A stretch of DNA of 64,000 nucleotides from assembly GCA_050084985.1 (NCBI GenBank), contig JBITNC010000001.1:199206001-199270000 (forward strand). Direction: 5' to 3'. The notes beneath the pieces were generated by a model, which made no database searches, was not told where the DNA came from, and worked only from the letters and a program-made list of their open reading frames with translations. This document shows positions 53,099-64,000 of the stretch, in pieces. This DNA is from Nageia nagi (Eukaryota; Plantae; Pinophyta). Made by a program: the position numbers and the translations under genes. Position 1 is the stretch's first letter, and the number at the start of each line of letters is the position of its first letter.

Positions 53099-54053
53099 TT
53101 ACAAACTTTCATATCCAACATAAATATTCAAGTTCAACTTATGATTATTTATTTAAAATATATTTGATACATTTTATCTCATGTTTGTGATATATTTTTA
53201 GGCTTAATAATCATTTTGTTGACACTTGAACTAATAGCATGGCTATTTTAACTATCTACTTTCCGTTCCTTCTTACTATTGATGTTTTGGGTCATTTCAT
53301 TTGTTCCTTCACAAGGGTTCTAGTGTGTTGCTCTCTTGCATTTTAGAATTGTAAATTGTTGAATAAAATATATTGCACACACTTGTTTAACTTTGCTTCA
53401 TGAGTTGAAATGCTAATCCTCATCCTTTGAATGTTACTTCTTAAAAATTATCTTTCTAAGTCCTTTCATGCTAAATTTCAAATTTGAATCAATATAACAC
53501 TTGATCTCTTTGACATACCACTCTTGTTCAAACATATGAGAGCATATTTAAATAAGCTTATCATTTCATTTGAACTATTGAATTTAGGGGTATCCAATGA
53601 GCTTTTGACATACATTTTGATAATACATGATAACATCCATCCATTTAAGGTGTTGGAATCCTATGGGATATGATTATTATTAGATAAATAAATATGTAAG
53701 ACTTTTAACATCCTTTTAAACCCATTTCTTTGTAGAACCTACCAAAGTTTATCCATGAGTAAATATATATCAATTAAATATTTGAATGATTATTTCTCAT
53801 GTAACTAAGTTATATAATAAATTCTCCAAGTTTGTTTTGGTTATGCTATGTTCTCTCTTTTGTCTTAAAAATATAGGACTTAAAAACAAAGAGCAACAAC
53901 ATATGAATATAGATTTAGATCCTTTTAAATTTAAATAACACCTACAACCTTGACAAAACAAGCTATCTATTCTTGAGCATGAACAAGTGGTTTTCCTTAT
54001 ACTCGTCAAAGTTCTCAAACAAGAAAATTGAAGGGTACATGAAATTACTTATA

Positions 54054-54960
54054 TCATATCAAGGAAAGCTCGAAAACCATTGAACATGTTGAGTCACAAA
54101 CATCATTGGAAATATATGGACAACATTCATGTAAGTTCTTCAAGGGACATTGTGGAAGCTGATTCCACTTGTTTAGACTTAGATTGTATACAAGTACCTC
54201 AACACTACCATATTTTTCAAAGCATATGTAGTCTTCCACTCCCACACATTAAATATCTATGGAAACATCATATTATTTTATAATATTTTTGGATATTTTT
54301 CCAACTTTCATCTAAAATAGGTTGGGATGGGAAGGGTTGCCAAGTTCCATCATAATTATGTTTGCCCATCTTTTTTAGAAGAGAAGAAACACCACTAAAA
54401 TTATGCAATCATAAATGACCTACTTGAGATAGTTGTCATCAAACTTTGAACCAAGAAAAGGCACCCAAATTGGGGAATTCAAGTACCTTTTTTTGTAAAC
54501 CACAACACCATCACCAAAAGGTCTATCATAAGTTGGAAGAACAAAAAAATCTTTTCCAAAAATAATTTCTTTTATCTTCCATTGATAAATCTTAGGATAC
54601 CATTTCTTTGCAATGCTTCAAGATCTGATGCAAGAATCCAACACTTCCATGTTTTTGTAATTGCACCCATTACTATCAAAATCATATTCATTTGTACTAT
54701 TATCACTACCCCACACCACAACCTTGTAAGAGTCTCCATCTTTTCCTAGAATGGTAACTACAACAACTTTTCTCATAGATAGGAAAGGAGGAAGTTTTGT
54801 ACATGTTCTTGTGAAGATATTGCAAATGTGCATTTTAAATAAACCTAGTAAGTACTATTGATGAGACTTCATTTATCAAAGTAGGCCCCTCTTCTACAAA
54901 GCTTAATATTGAATTTTCAGCTAGTATTTATTCGGCTACATGCAACAAAAGATGTTTAAA
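54054..54960 (-). pseudogene. F-box/kelch-type protein pseudogene
   Basis: Fragments ICNIFTRTCTKLPP...SYKVVV...MEVLDS and VLVYNLSLNKWNQLPQCP...FE, typical of plant F-box/kelch C-terminal domains; many stops and frameshifts. Confidence 0.65.
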
Positions 54961-55409
54961 GATCTAAAGAATCCTCATGAAGGTAGGGATGCAACATTTA
55001 GAAATTGCAACAATATTGTTAAATCATTGTAAATATTATTATGATATTCTTCTAATATATTATAAATCATTACAATGTTATTTTGAACCATTTTGGTTTT
55101 TATACCCATAGCTTCTAGATAAATAATAAAAAATCTTCATACATTTCACTCACATATTTTCATTTTTTTCATTTTTCATATAATATAACCTCATTATTAT
55201 CATAAATGTAATTCGAGGTTGATATCTTTGACTATTCAAAGGTGTCCATACTTTGAAATCATGGATGTATTATGATGATGAAAAATGCAACACAATTTAT
55301 ATCAGAGAAGCCACCCACCTATGATAGAAAGTAATTGTTGGTAGATCCCGCAACACAAGTTTCAAACATATTACATCTTTTTTTCAACTATGGGGAGCTA
55401 TGAGTTAGA

Positions 55410-58400
55410 TGAGAGAACTATAATGTTCTATTTTACTCATAAAAATGAGTTACATATATAGGCTTTGTGAGCCATTACAAGACAAACTAAATGGTTGAGA
55501 TGCAATATTCTCACACCATAACAAATATCACAAATAGCACACCTACGTGAACTACAAGACAATTACTTGTTATAACAATATACCCTAAATATTTAATCCT
55601 AGACTTTAGACTTTAGGAAAATACTTTAGGGAAAATACTCTTAATCCTAATTAATTAATCTATTAACTTAGGACTTAGGGATATGTAGGATATAATTCCA
55701 ACATCCTCCCCTTTAATGCTAAGTAACTCATGCAAGAGTTCTTAAGCATTACAAAGTTGGAAGAAACATAACCTTTTTCGTTTCCTCCAATCATACAAAA
55801 GAAAATCAAAATTTTCAAGAAATAAGTGTTGGCACTCCTTCCACTCTCTAAGTGGGATCTCCTCCATTGGTGATGTTTCTCCTCCATTGAGTGCCTCCTT
55901 TTGTTGAGTAGCTCCCCCTTCAACAAAAGTCTTTATGGTCTTCAACAACCATATTCTCTCTTCTTCATGGTCCTCAAACCATTCTTGTAGTGACATTCCA
56001 TCAATGTTATAAGTATTGGTTTTCAAGAACCAATCTCTCTCACAATGGTGTTTGAACCATTCTTTCATCTCTCTCTCATTTTTTATATGGTGTTTAAACC
56101 ATGTTTGCAAGTAGTCATTTGCTCTTGCATTCATTACATCATAGCATACTCCACATGAGTATGTTCTCATTATTTCACAATAATCATTATACCACACTAC
56201 TCTCTCACAAATGTCTACACACACTTTGAGACAATATAAAGCCACACATTGGCTAATTACATATGCAACTTTGAGTTGCTCCTCACACAAAGTTTCACTC
56301 AAAAAATCACACCTTACTAAGGTTTTACATTCTTTATTTGGATCCATATGATCCAAGTTTTTCATCAATGTCTTCTCCCAAGGAAGACTCTTCAATGTTG
56401 TCTCCATGATGCAATCTTCAAGCAATGCCTTGATAAGACATTCTCCTCCATTCTCCATAGCCTTCAAGCTATCCTTCACACATCTAATCAGCAAACATTC
56501 ATTAGTAGCATTAGCAAATAAGCCAAAAAATAAGAAATCATTTCCTCTAATGATGTTATGGTGAGTAGATATCCACATTAATCTTTCCTTTGATGTTGCT
56601 TTTAAAGCAATCATTTCTTCATTCATGATAAGGAATTCCCATGATTCCTCTTTTTCTTCACAAAGTACTATCTCACTATTCTTTCTCTCCTCCTTGAGAT
56701 ATACTTTGTCATTCACGCTTGGTGAGTGATCTTCTTGCATGAACATGGAGTTTATAGCCTCCATTTCTTCTTCATCAATGACCTCTCTAAGATCATCATC
56801 CCATATTGTGTTCATAATACAATCATCATGTGCCTTCTCCATGAAGCATTCCTCATCTTCTCCTCTCTTCTCAACAAGAAGAAGATTCTCACATACACTC
56901 TCCTCCTTGAGAGTTTCGTCTTGGTAATCTTCACATTGGGTATCTTCACCATCAACTTGAGCAATGGAATCATCATCACATATGATTTGAGCCTTGTCTT
57001 CATTCACTCCATGTGAGTGAGTTTCAGCCATGGAACACTCCTCCTCAAGGGTGTCTTCATCTTGTTCTTCATCAAAAAAGAACTCTTGCCAACATTGGGT
57101 TGACTCCTCCTCAATCTCCATCATAAGAATGGGTTCACAATATGCCTCTTCCATGAAGCATTCATCATCATATGGCTGAAATGGTGTCTTCAATGAACAC
57201 TCTTCATGACATGCCTCCTCCATGAGACATTCTTCATAACAAGGCCAATCTAATTCCTCTCCAAGGAATTCTCCTTCATAGTTTTCATCATATGTGTCTT
57301 CATAAGATTCTCTCAATGCTTTCCAAGCAATTTGGATTGTTTTACATTTTGCAATGAGAGGTAAAACATTTGGTTTCATTCCTCTCCTAATATCCATAAG
57401 AGCTAAGCAATTTTCATATTGCTTCTCTTTCTTCTCTCTTTTCTCCTCTCCTTCAAGAGACTTCCAAGATGGAGGTTCTTCATACCCATCTTCTATAATG
57501 CTCTAAAGGTCCTTAGCTTTGAGCAAAGTCTTCATTATTATGCTCCACCAAGCATAATTTTCTCCATCAAATTTTGGAACCTCCAAATTTTCAAATATGG
57601 AGTCCATGTTCCTTGTGTGAGTAGACTTTCTTGCTGGAGAACAATGTAGGCTCTCCTGAAAAAACAAGAAATGACTTTCGCTTCCATGTTGCCTAGTATT
57701 CACACCACGACACCTCAGATCCGTCAGGAAACTCACGTACGGGCACTTCTTGCAGTGCTTTCTCAAATTTCATATGTCATCCAATCCTTAACAATGTTGT
57801 CATCTTTCTCTCCATGTATAGCGTTGCTCTGCCTTCACCTTCTCCTCACGACTCAGAGCCACCAAATGACTCCTTCACGAGCTTCATGTAGCGAATGTCT
57901 CCTCCAGATTAGTTCTCACATCTCCAGACCACGAGCTTCATGCCATAAGCTATTTTCCACCTCCACGTCCTCTACCACACGAAAGTCACATGAACAGTAC
58001 ATGAAAGCCTCCTTCTCCGTGAGCAACGCACCTCTGTGAGCAGCTATTTTCCACCTCCGTGAGCAATGCACCTCTGCGAGCAATGCACCTCTGCATACAT
58101 CTCCTCATAGCATGCACGTCTCCTCACATGAACAATAACCTCACGTCTCCTTCAGAGTCTCCTCACTGGATCTGTGATCCCTTCAAGACTCCAATGCTCC
58201 CTGATCTCTATCGTGTAGGCCTTTAAATGCACTCGCAGTCCTCAAATCTAGATCAATTCATTTTCTTTCAACATGCAGCTCCGCTACGTGATAAAAAATA
58301 ATCAGTTCACTATTTCTCCTTCATGCCATGAACATCTCCTCTTCCACGCAGCCTCGTGTGTAGCCTCCTTCAGATCGTGTGTATGCCACAAAATGTTTTC

Positions 58401-59372
58401 CCCGTCCACGCAAGCTTCAGGAAATGTTTCTCCATCCTAGCTTCATGCAGGTTTCCTCCTCCGCACGGGCCACCAAACGCCAAACATGAGCCACCAAACC
58501 AACGTTATCTTTACGCAAGCCACTCCTTCAGCGATCGTGGTCTTCACTTGGGTGTTTTCTTCCTTCACTTAGGTCCTCCCAGTCTTCTCACGCCTCTATT
58601 GCACTGCCTTCATGCACGTCTTCCTGCAACATTCCTCCTCCGCGTGAAAAACCAGATCAGTGCTCACGAAATGCATGAATAAAATAATAGATTTATTGTT
58701 TCTCCTCTCTGACCTCCACCGCTTCAGAAATGAATGTGTAGTCTCCTTTTCATTTGACTGCACATGCTTCTAAACGCAAGCTCTCCTTTCTGCTGTGCAT
58801 GGGTTTCCTTCAAACCTCATGCAACTATTTTTTCTCCAAGCAAATGTTTAGTCTATTCCAGATTCTCTTTGAATCTTCAAAATAGCAAACACTACTTCAG
58901 CTAACTCATGTAGCTTCTTTTCAGAGGCTTTGGATCTCACACTTGCAAGAATTTGATAAATTCTTTGCAATTCATCCACAAGCTCAATAACTCTGATGAC
59001 AGTCCTTGAGGAGCTTGATAAGATCCTTCAAGACTTCACCCACTCTAACCCAATAATCAAATCAGCTCTGATACCAATTGAGAGAACTATAATGTTCTAT
59101 TTTACTCATAAAAATGAGTTACATATATAGGCTTTGTGAGCCATTACAAGACAAGCTAAATGGTTGAGATGCAATATTCTCACACCATAACAAATATCAC
59201 AAATAGCACACCTACGTGAACTACAAGACAATTACTTGTTATAACAATATACCCTAAATATTTAATCCTATACTTTAGACTTTAGGAAAATACTTTAGGG
59301 AAAATACTCTTAATCCTAATTAATTAATCTATTAACTTAGGACTTAGGGATATGTAGGATATAATTCCAACA
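55410..59372 (-). mobile_element. Young non-autonomous copia-derived LTR element
   Basis: 294-bp LTRs at 55410-55703 and 59079-59372 with only 2 differences seen. TSD TTAGA; Met PBS at 59064-59076; PPT AAGGGGAGGA at 55704-55713; no INT/RT/RH. Confidence 0.95.
55742..57607 (-). CDS. Copia gag N-terminus fused to an unknown Glu/Cys-rich region (621 codons, one internal stop)
   Basis: MDSIFENLEVPKFDGENYAWWSIIMKTLLKAKDL* continues in frame into the 551-aa ORF. The TAG at 57503-57505 sits at the W of the conserved DLW. Confidence 0.75.
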
Positions 59373-59780
59373 TTAGAAGCATAACATGATTCTTGAAGAC
59401 TCTATAAATACTACTCATCAACACATTATTACTAAACCCACTACGTTTACTCCATTTAGTTGCAACATCATGAGCTTCTTTCTAATAAAAAATGTTAGGG
59501 GAGCCCTTGACTCCCCATATGCATTATTCTTGATTTTAATCAAATATATTGGATTTGATACTTTGAATCCCCCTTGCTTCTTTTCCTCTTTTCTACTTTT
59601 TATTACACAATGGAGTCTCAAAAGAGCACGTTATATATATATACATTGACCATTGTTTTGGTCATACATGGATATTAATATCAAATTTCAAATTATCACT
59701 TAACATCATTAATTATTATTATTTTATCATAATATTAATATAGTATTTACCTAAAATCTTGTGAGAAATTAGAATACCGC

Positions 59781-61192
59781 ATGGAGGCTGATTCAAATAG
59801 AAAATTCCCAAAGGACAAAAATGCATACATCGAACACTTAAAGGGTATGGATTGCCCTGATTATTTCCTGCATATTGATCTTTTCGATGATGCTATTCCC
59901 ATTCAAATTGAAGATGATGAGTTTGATATTGATTTAAACAAATTTACAATCAATACTCTCATATGCAAGATCATAGGAAGAAGGCCAAGCTTGGTAGTGT
60001 TGGAAAAATACGTTAGATCTTCTTGGGACAAGTTTGCCTTGGTGAATCTTATTCCAAATCATTTTTTTACTATAACTTTTGATGATTTAGAGAAAGTGGA
60101 TTATGTCTGGGGTTATGGTTGGAGTTTGTTTTTCTAACAAAGGGGAATTTATGTTACTGAATGGATGCCCAACCTCAATTCTTTGTCCGAAAATAGTTGA
60201 TTCAATCCTTGTCTAGGTAAATCTTTATGCCCTTCCAATTGAATTACAGGGGTAGAAGATATTTACCAAAATTGGGAATGTTATTGGTGTCTATCGATAT
60301 ATGGATTAACAAACAAAGGCGAATTTAAAGAAAAAATAAAAAATATGCAAGACTAGATTAGCAATTTCAATGGACACTTCTACCCTTGGGCTCAATCTAT
60401 CACACTTTCTTCAAGTAGGGTAGATGGTCTCAGATGATTTCTCTATGCATTGCTATGGATGCCAAAAATATGGCCATGTAAAGAAAAATTATCTGCACTT
60501 TTGTTTTAACTCTCAGTATTTTAGGCATTTGAAAAGGAATGTTTTTTGAGATCACCCCTTTTGAGAAGACTCATGATCCAATGATCCCTTCTTTGTCCTC
60601 TAATGAAATTTTAAAATCCAATGTTCTATTCAATATAGCCTTGCCAAATCTTGAGATTCCTAGGAACTAGTCTCCTTCGATTGTGCCTTCTGAGCCGCAT
60701 ACTAACATGGTGGAAGGTGATTTGGATGTTATCTCAAACCCAATGGATGTCAATGTGGTTAGAAAAGAGATTCAATATTGTAGCAATGAAAAAGATAAAT
60801 GCCTCAATTTTGGAAATAGCTCAATTAAAGAAACTCTATTGGTTTGTGAACATCATTATGAAGTTTTTCATCCTAAAAAATCAGAGTATGGATACTTTAT
60901 GTCATTTTCGAGTGGGGTGGATATGCCATTCAAAATGCCTTTAGAAGAACATAGGTATACAATAAAAGATAAGAAAGTTGAAAGTAGAATCTCAAAAGTA
61001 TCTCTCTTTAGAGCTTTAGAAGAAAGATCAAAGATAGTTAAATTATTGAAGCCTTCAGGAAGAAACTCTAAGACTAATTATGGAGCATTAATAGATGATG
61101 CCGAGGAAAGTTCTCATAGATATTATTTGAGAAGCTTGAAATGTAGAAATGCATTTTTAGACTTAGCAAATTATTTTGAGAAGAACACATGA
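59781..61192 (+). mobile_element. LINE ORF1 remnant (DUF4283-like region plus zinc knuckle)
   Basis: LICKIIGRRPSL...W...FFTITFD...W, later LPIEL, KIGNVIG and CYGCQKYGH; broken by stops. Confidence 0.7.
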
Positions 61193-61489
61193 GCTACAAG
61201 GACCATAGAAATCCATGATAACTATACTGACTATAGTAATAAATTCTTATTTGTTTCACTAATACCCAGTTTGTCCTGGGTCAAATTGGAATAGAAATAG
61301 AATTGGATCAATATGTACTTCATTGAAAATCTATGAACTCTCTATAAAGACAAGTTTTGGGAACCTTGTATAAAGAATCCCGTTAATAAATTTATCCTTA
61401 CAAAATAAAAACATACTTTGATACAAAGTCATGTATATAAAAAAGGAAATTATAATTAATCATATATTTCATGGTAACTACAAAGATTG

Positions 61490-62040
61490 AAAATTAAGTT
61501 TTGAAAAGTGGATAATTCTTATTGTGGGTGAAATGTGCAAGTTAGGGTTATGAGGATGCAAAATATTAAGAGAATATTTAAGAATCTCAAGATGATAATG
61601 AAAAATAAATGGTTTTAACAAGATGGCTATTAATAAAGAAAAACTTTTCACCCATGTTATTTTCAAGAAAATATTGAAATCATTTACTTCAAAGTTTATC
61701 AACTTAGAGATGTTTATGCATACCAAAAAATTTATTAAATTAAATTTTGATAAACTTCAAGGAGCTCTCTTATCATATGAAGTGAGATTGGAGAAGGATG
61801 TAGTCACATTGGACAAAACTCTTACCTCAAAGGAAAGTGCCTTCAAGGAGTTTACTTTAGTTCCAAGAGCTAAGGAGAAGACCAAGAACATAAAGTTAAT
61901 TAGTTTGAGGGGAAGGGAAAGCTAAAGAATAAAGGATTTTTATATCACTATTACAAGAAGTAGGGTAACTTTACGAGAGAATGTAGACAAAAATATGTTG
62001 ACAAAGGAAAAGCCATAGGGCTTAAGGAAATAGGGGAGAC
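61490..62040 (+). mobile_element. Copia gag remnant
   Basis: KILKSFTSKF...LQGALLSYE (UBN2-like) followed by a decayed knuckle. Confidence 0.55.
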
Positions 62041-63479
62041 AAAGTGTGATGGCCCACCCAATTCTAGTTTTCCCATTTGCTACTATGATGTATGTGTGAG
62101 ATTTTGACTTTGCTATTGGACACTATGGTATTTGTGTGATGTATTTATGTGAGATAATTCAATGATATTTTATGATGGATTTCATGATGAAATGAATAAT
62201 ATCTTGCTATGATGAATTTTGAAATGGTATCATGATGCATTGATATAATGTGAGATAAGATGGATTTATTATAAAGGAGTTAATGTTAGTTTTTAGTTGT
62301 ATTTTGCAAGACCAGGTGGACTAAGGGTAAGTTTTCCATTGGGGGAAAAATGTTAGGAATGGATATGATGTGATAGGTTGATAGACCATAGGGGTAATTG
62401 GATATCATGTAGGACATTTTGCATCCATGCATTTTGTGTATATTTTCCCTCATGTTGTGTTGGTTTCATTAATGTTTGGTTTTGTTTCACTCACTTGCAA
62501 GAATAAGGAAAAATAAAATATTTCATTTAAAATTAATTATTGATGATAAATCATTAATGCTTTAAATAATAACAATAATGATATATATACCAAAAAAATA
62601 AAATAATATCAAATAATAATAATAAGATAAATAAATATATAATGCCATAAAAGTATTTTAGAAGCATCTAGTACTATTCCTATTATAGGAAATCAATAAT
62701 TAATTATTAATACATTATCATGGATGTATTATGTAAAAAATATGTGCTTATATATGCATAATATTATTCATTCTAATTGCTTATTTAGAAATCCTCTTTG
62801 GGTAATAGAGGGAATTCATTTTTTAAGAGATCTAAAGGAGAAAAAGAATAAAGAATTTGCTAGATACTTTCTATAACTAAAATAAAAATAATTACGTTTA
62901 TTTATAATATATTCAATTAACCAACTAACCATAAAATAACAGCAAATGATGATATGAAAGATGATAATGACCTAATTGACCTTGACATATCAAACTAGAT
63001 TTACGAAAGAGATAAACTTGTACTTTACCTATCACAATAAATGAAGGTGATATCTAATCAAAAGAGGACGAATGATGAGTTTCCATGAAGAATTGAGCCA
63101 TAAATCCAATGTCAACTCCAATGCTAGAATCCTAGCGGCATTTCTCAATTGCCTTTCCAGATTACCTTGCCCTTTCACTCAATGTCATCGCCTCACCTTT
63201 GATGCTCAGAATATTTGCAAAAATAGATGGAAAAGATTGTAGGAATGCAAAACTTAAAGTATAACAAAATATAGATATGATAGGTTACATTAAGTAACAC
63301 TAATAAAAAATGACACAAGTATATTGCCACCTATCAAGGATTTTGGATCATTTCATAATTGCTTATGCACAACCTCTCCACCTTTATAGGTAATAGGTTT
63401 AGTAATAAGGCTCCTCCTTAGGCTTATTATGATGCATAAATTTAATTGGATTGTGTTCTTCTTTACTTTCGATTGTGGA

Positions 63480-64000
63480 TAATTTATATGCACCTTTTCC
63501 ATAACTTACAATGATAATGTAAGGACCTATCCAATTATGTTAGAACTTACCTTTCTTTACATTTTCTAAATCTTTTGTGTTGGCAAGGTTTTTTTTTAAT
63601 ACTAGGTCACAAACCTTGAACTCTTTAGGATTAATCTTTTTGCTATATGCTTTTTGGCTTCTAGAATGATAGACATAGAGGTGTTGTAGAGCATTAACCC
63701 TTTTTCATCTAGAAGCTCTAGTTGGGTTAGTCTAGCTTTTCTTCTATCTTCATTGGGAATGAGACCATCTAGTGACAAACAAAATAATTGGATCTTTAGT
63801 TCTAATGAAACTACAGCTTCATCACCATACATTAAGGAGAAAGGGGTTTCACCTACTGAAGTCCTATACTTTTTCTATAGGCCCACAAAGCATAAGGGAG
63901 TTGCTCATGCTAATCTTTAACATGCTTTGCAATGATCTTGGATAGGATACTCTTCATAAATTTGTTAGAAGCTTTAAATTGACCATTAACTTGGGGTTAA
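63480..64000 (-). mobile_element. Ty3/gypsy (Tat/Ogre-like) integrase C-terminal fragment
   Basis: YRTSVGETPFSLMYGDEAVVSLEL...RLTQLELLDEK and a downstream WIGPY motif; runs off the window end. Confidence 0.8.

Noticed and set aside
52894-53121. SL-repeat ORF
   Set aside because: It is a translation of the (GA)n microsatellite.
55742-57397. 551-aa ORF as a host gene
   Set aside because: It lies between two near-identical LTRs with PBS and PPT, and is in frame with a copia gag N-terminus.
62045-62480. Possible LTR fragment starting TGTGATGG
   Set aside because: No matching end, partner or TSD could be established.

Overview
Eukaryotic plant genomic DNA, probably from a large-genome gymnosperm (inferred from the giant TE-filled introns and the repeat types). 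The only intact host gene seen is the 3' part of VPS26C (DSCR3-like retriever subunit, + strand): four coding exons at 27100-27284, 27380-27468, 49985-50084 and 50208-50264. It has a 22.5-kb intron, and the upstream intron probably covers all of 1-27099. The introns hold deeply nested insertions, many with readable TSDs: solo LTRs, non-autonomous Ty3/gypsy elements (gag-protease only, one with two protease domains), copia fragments, a degenerate hAT transposon, a non-autonomous hAT and a LINE remnant. Downstream are an F-box/kelch pseudogene, a young copia-derived element with an unusual gag-fusion ORF, and more TE remnants. The most unusual feature is a ~6.65-kb TG...CA unit with 5-bp TSDs, present twice (2018-9904, 14415-21054), plus a diverged third relative (22093-25337). 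It looks like a giant solo LTR but contains a ~1,170-codon gene with no gag/pol features. Upstream of that gene are promoter-like modules and an array of fixed-spacing inverted sites (GTYGCA-N37/38-TGCRAC) whose geometry is conserved between the diverged families. This is a candidate LTR-encoded trans-acting protein with cognate binding sites.
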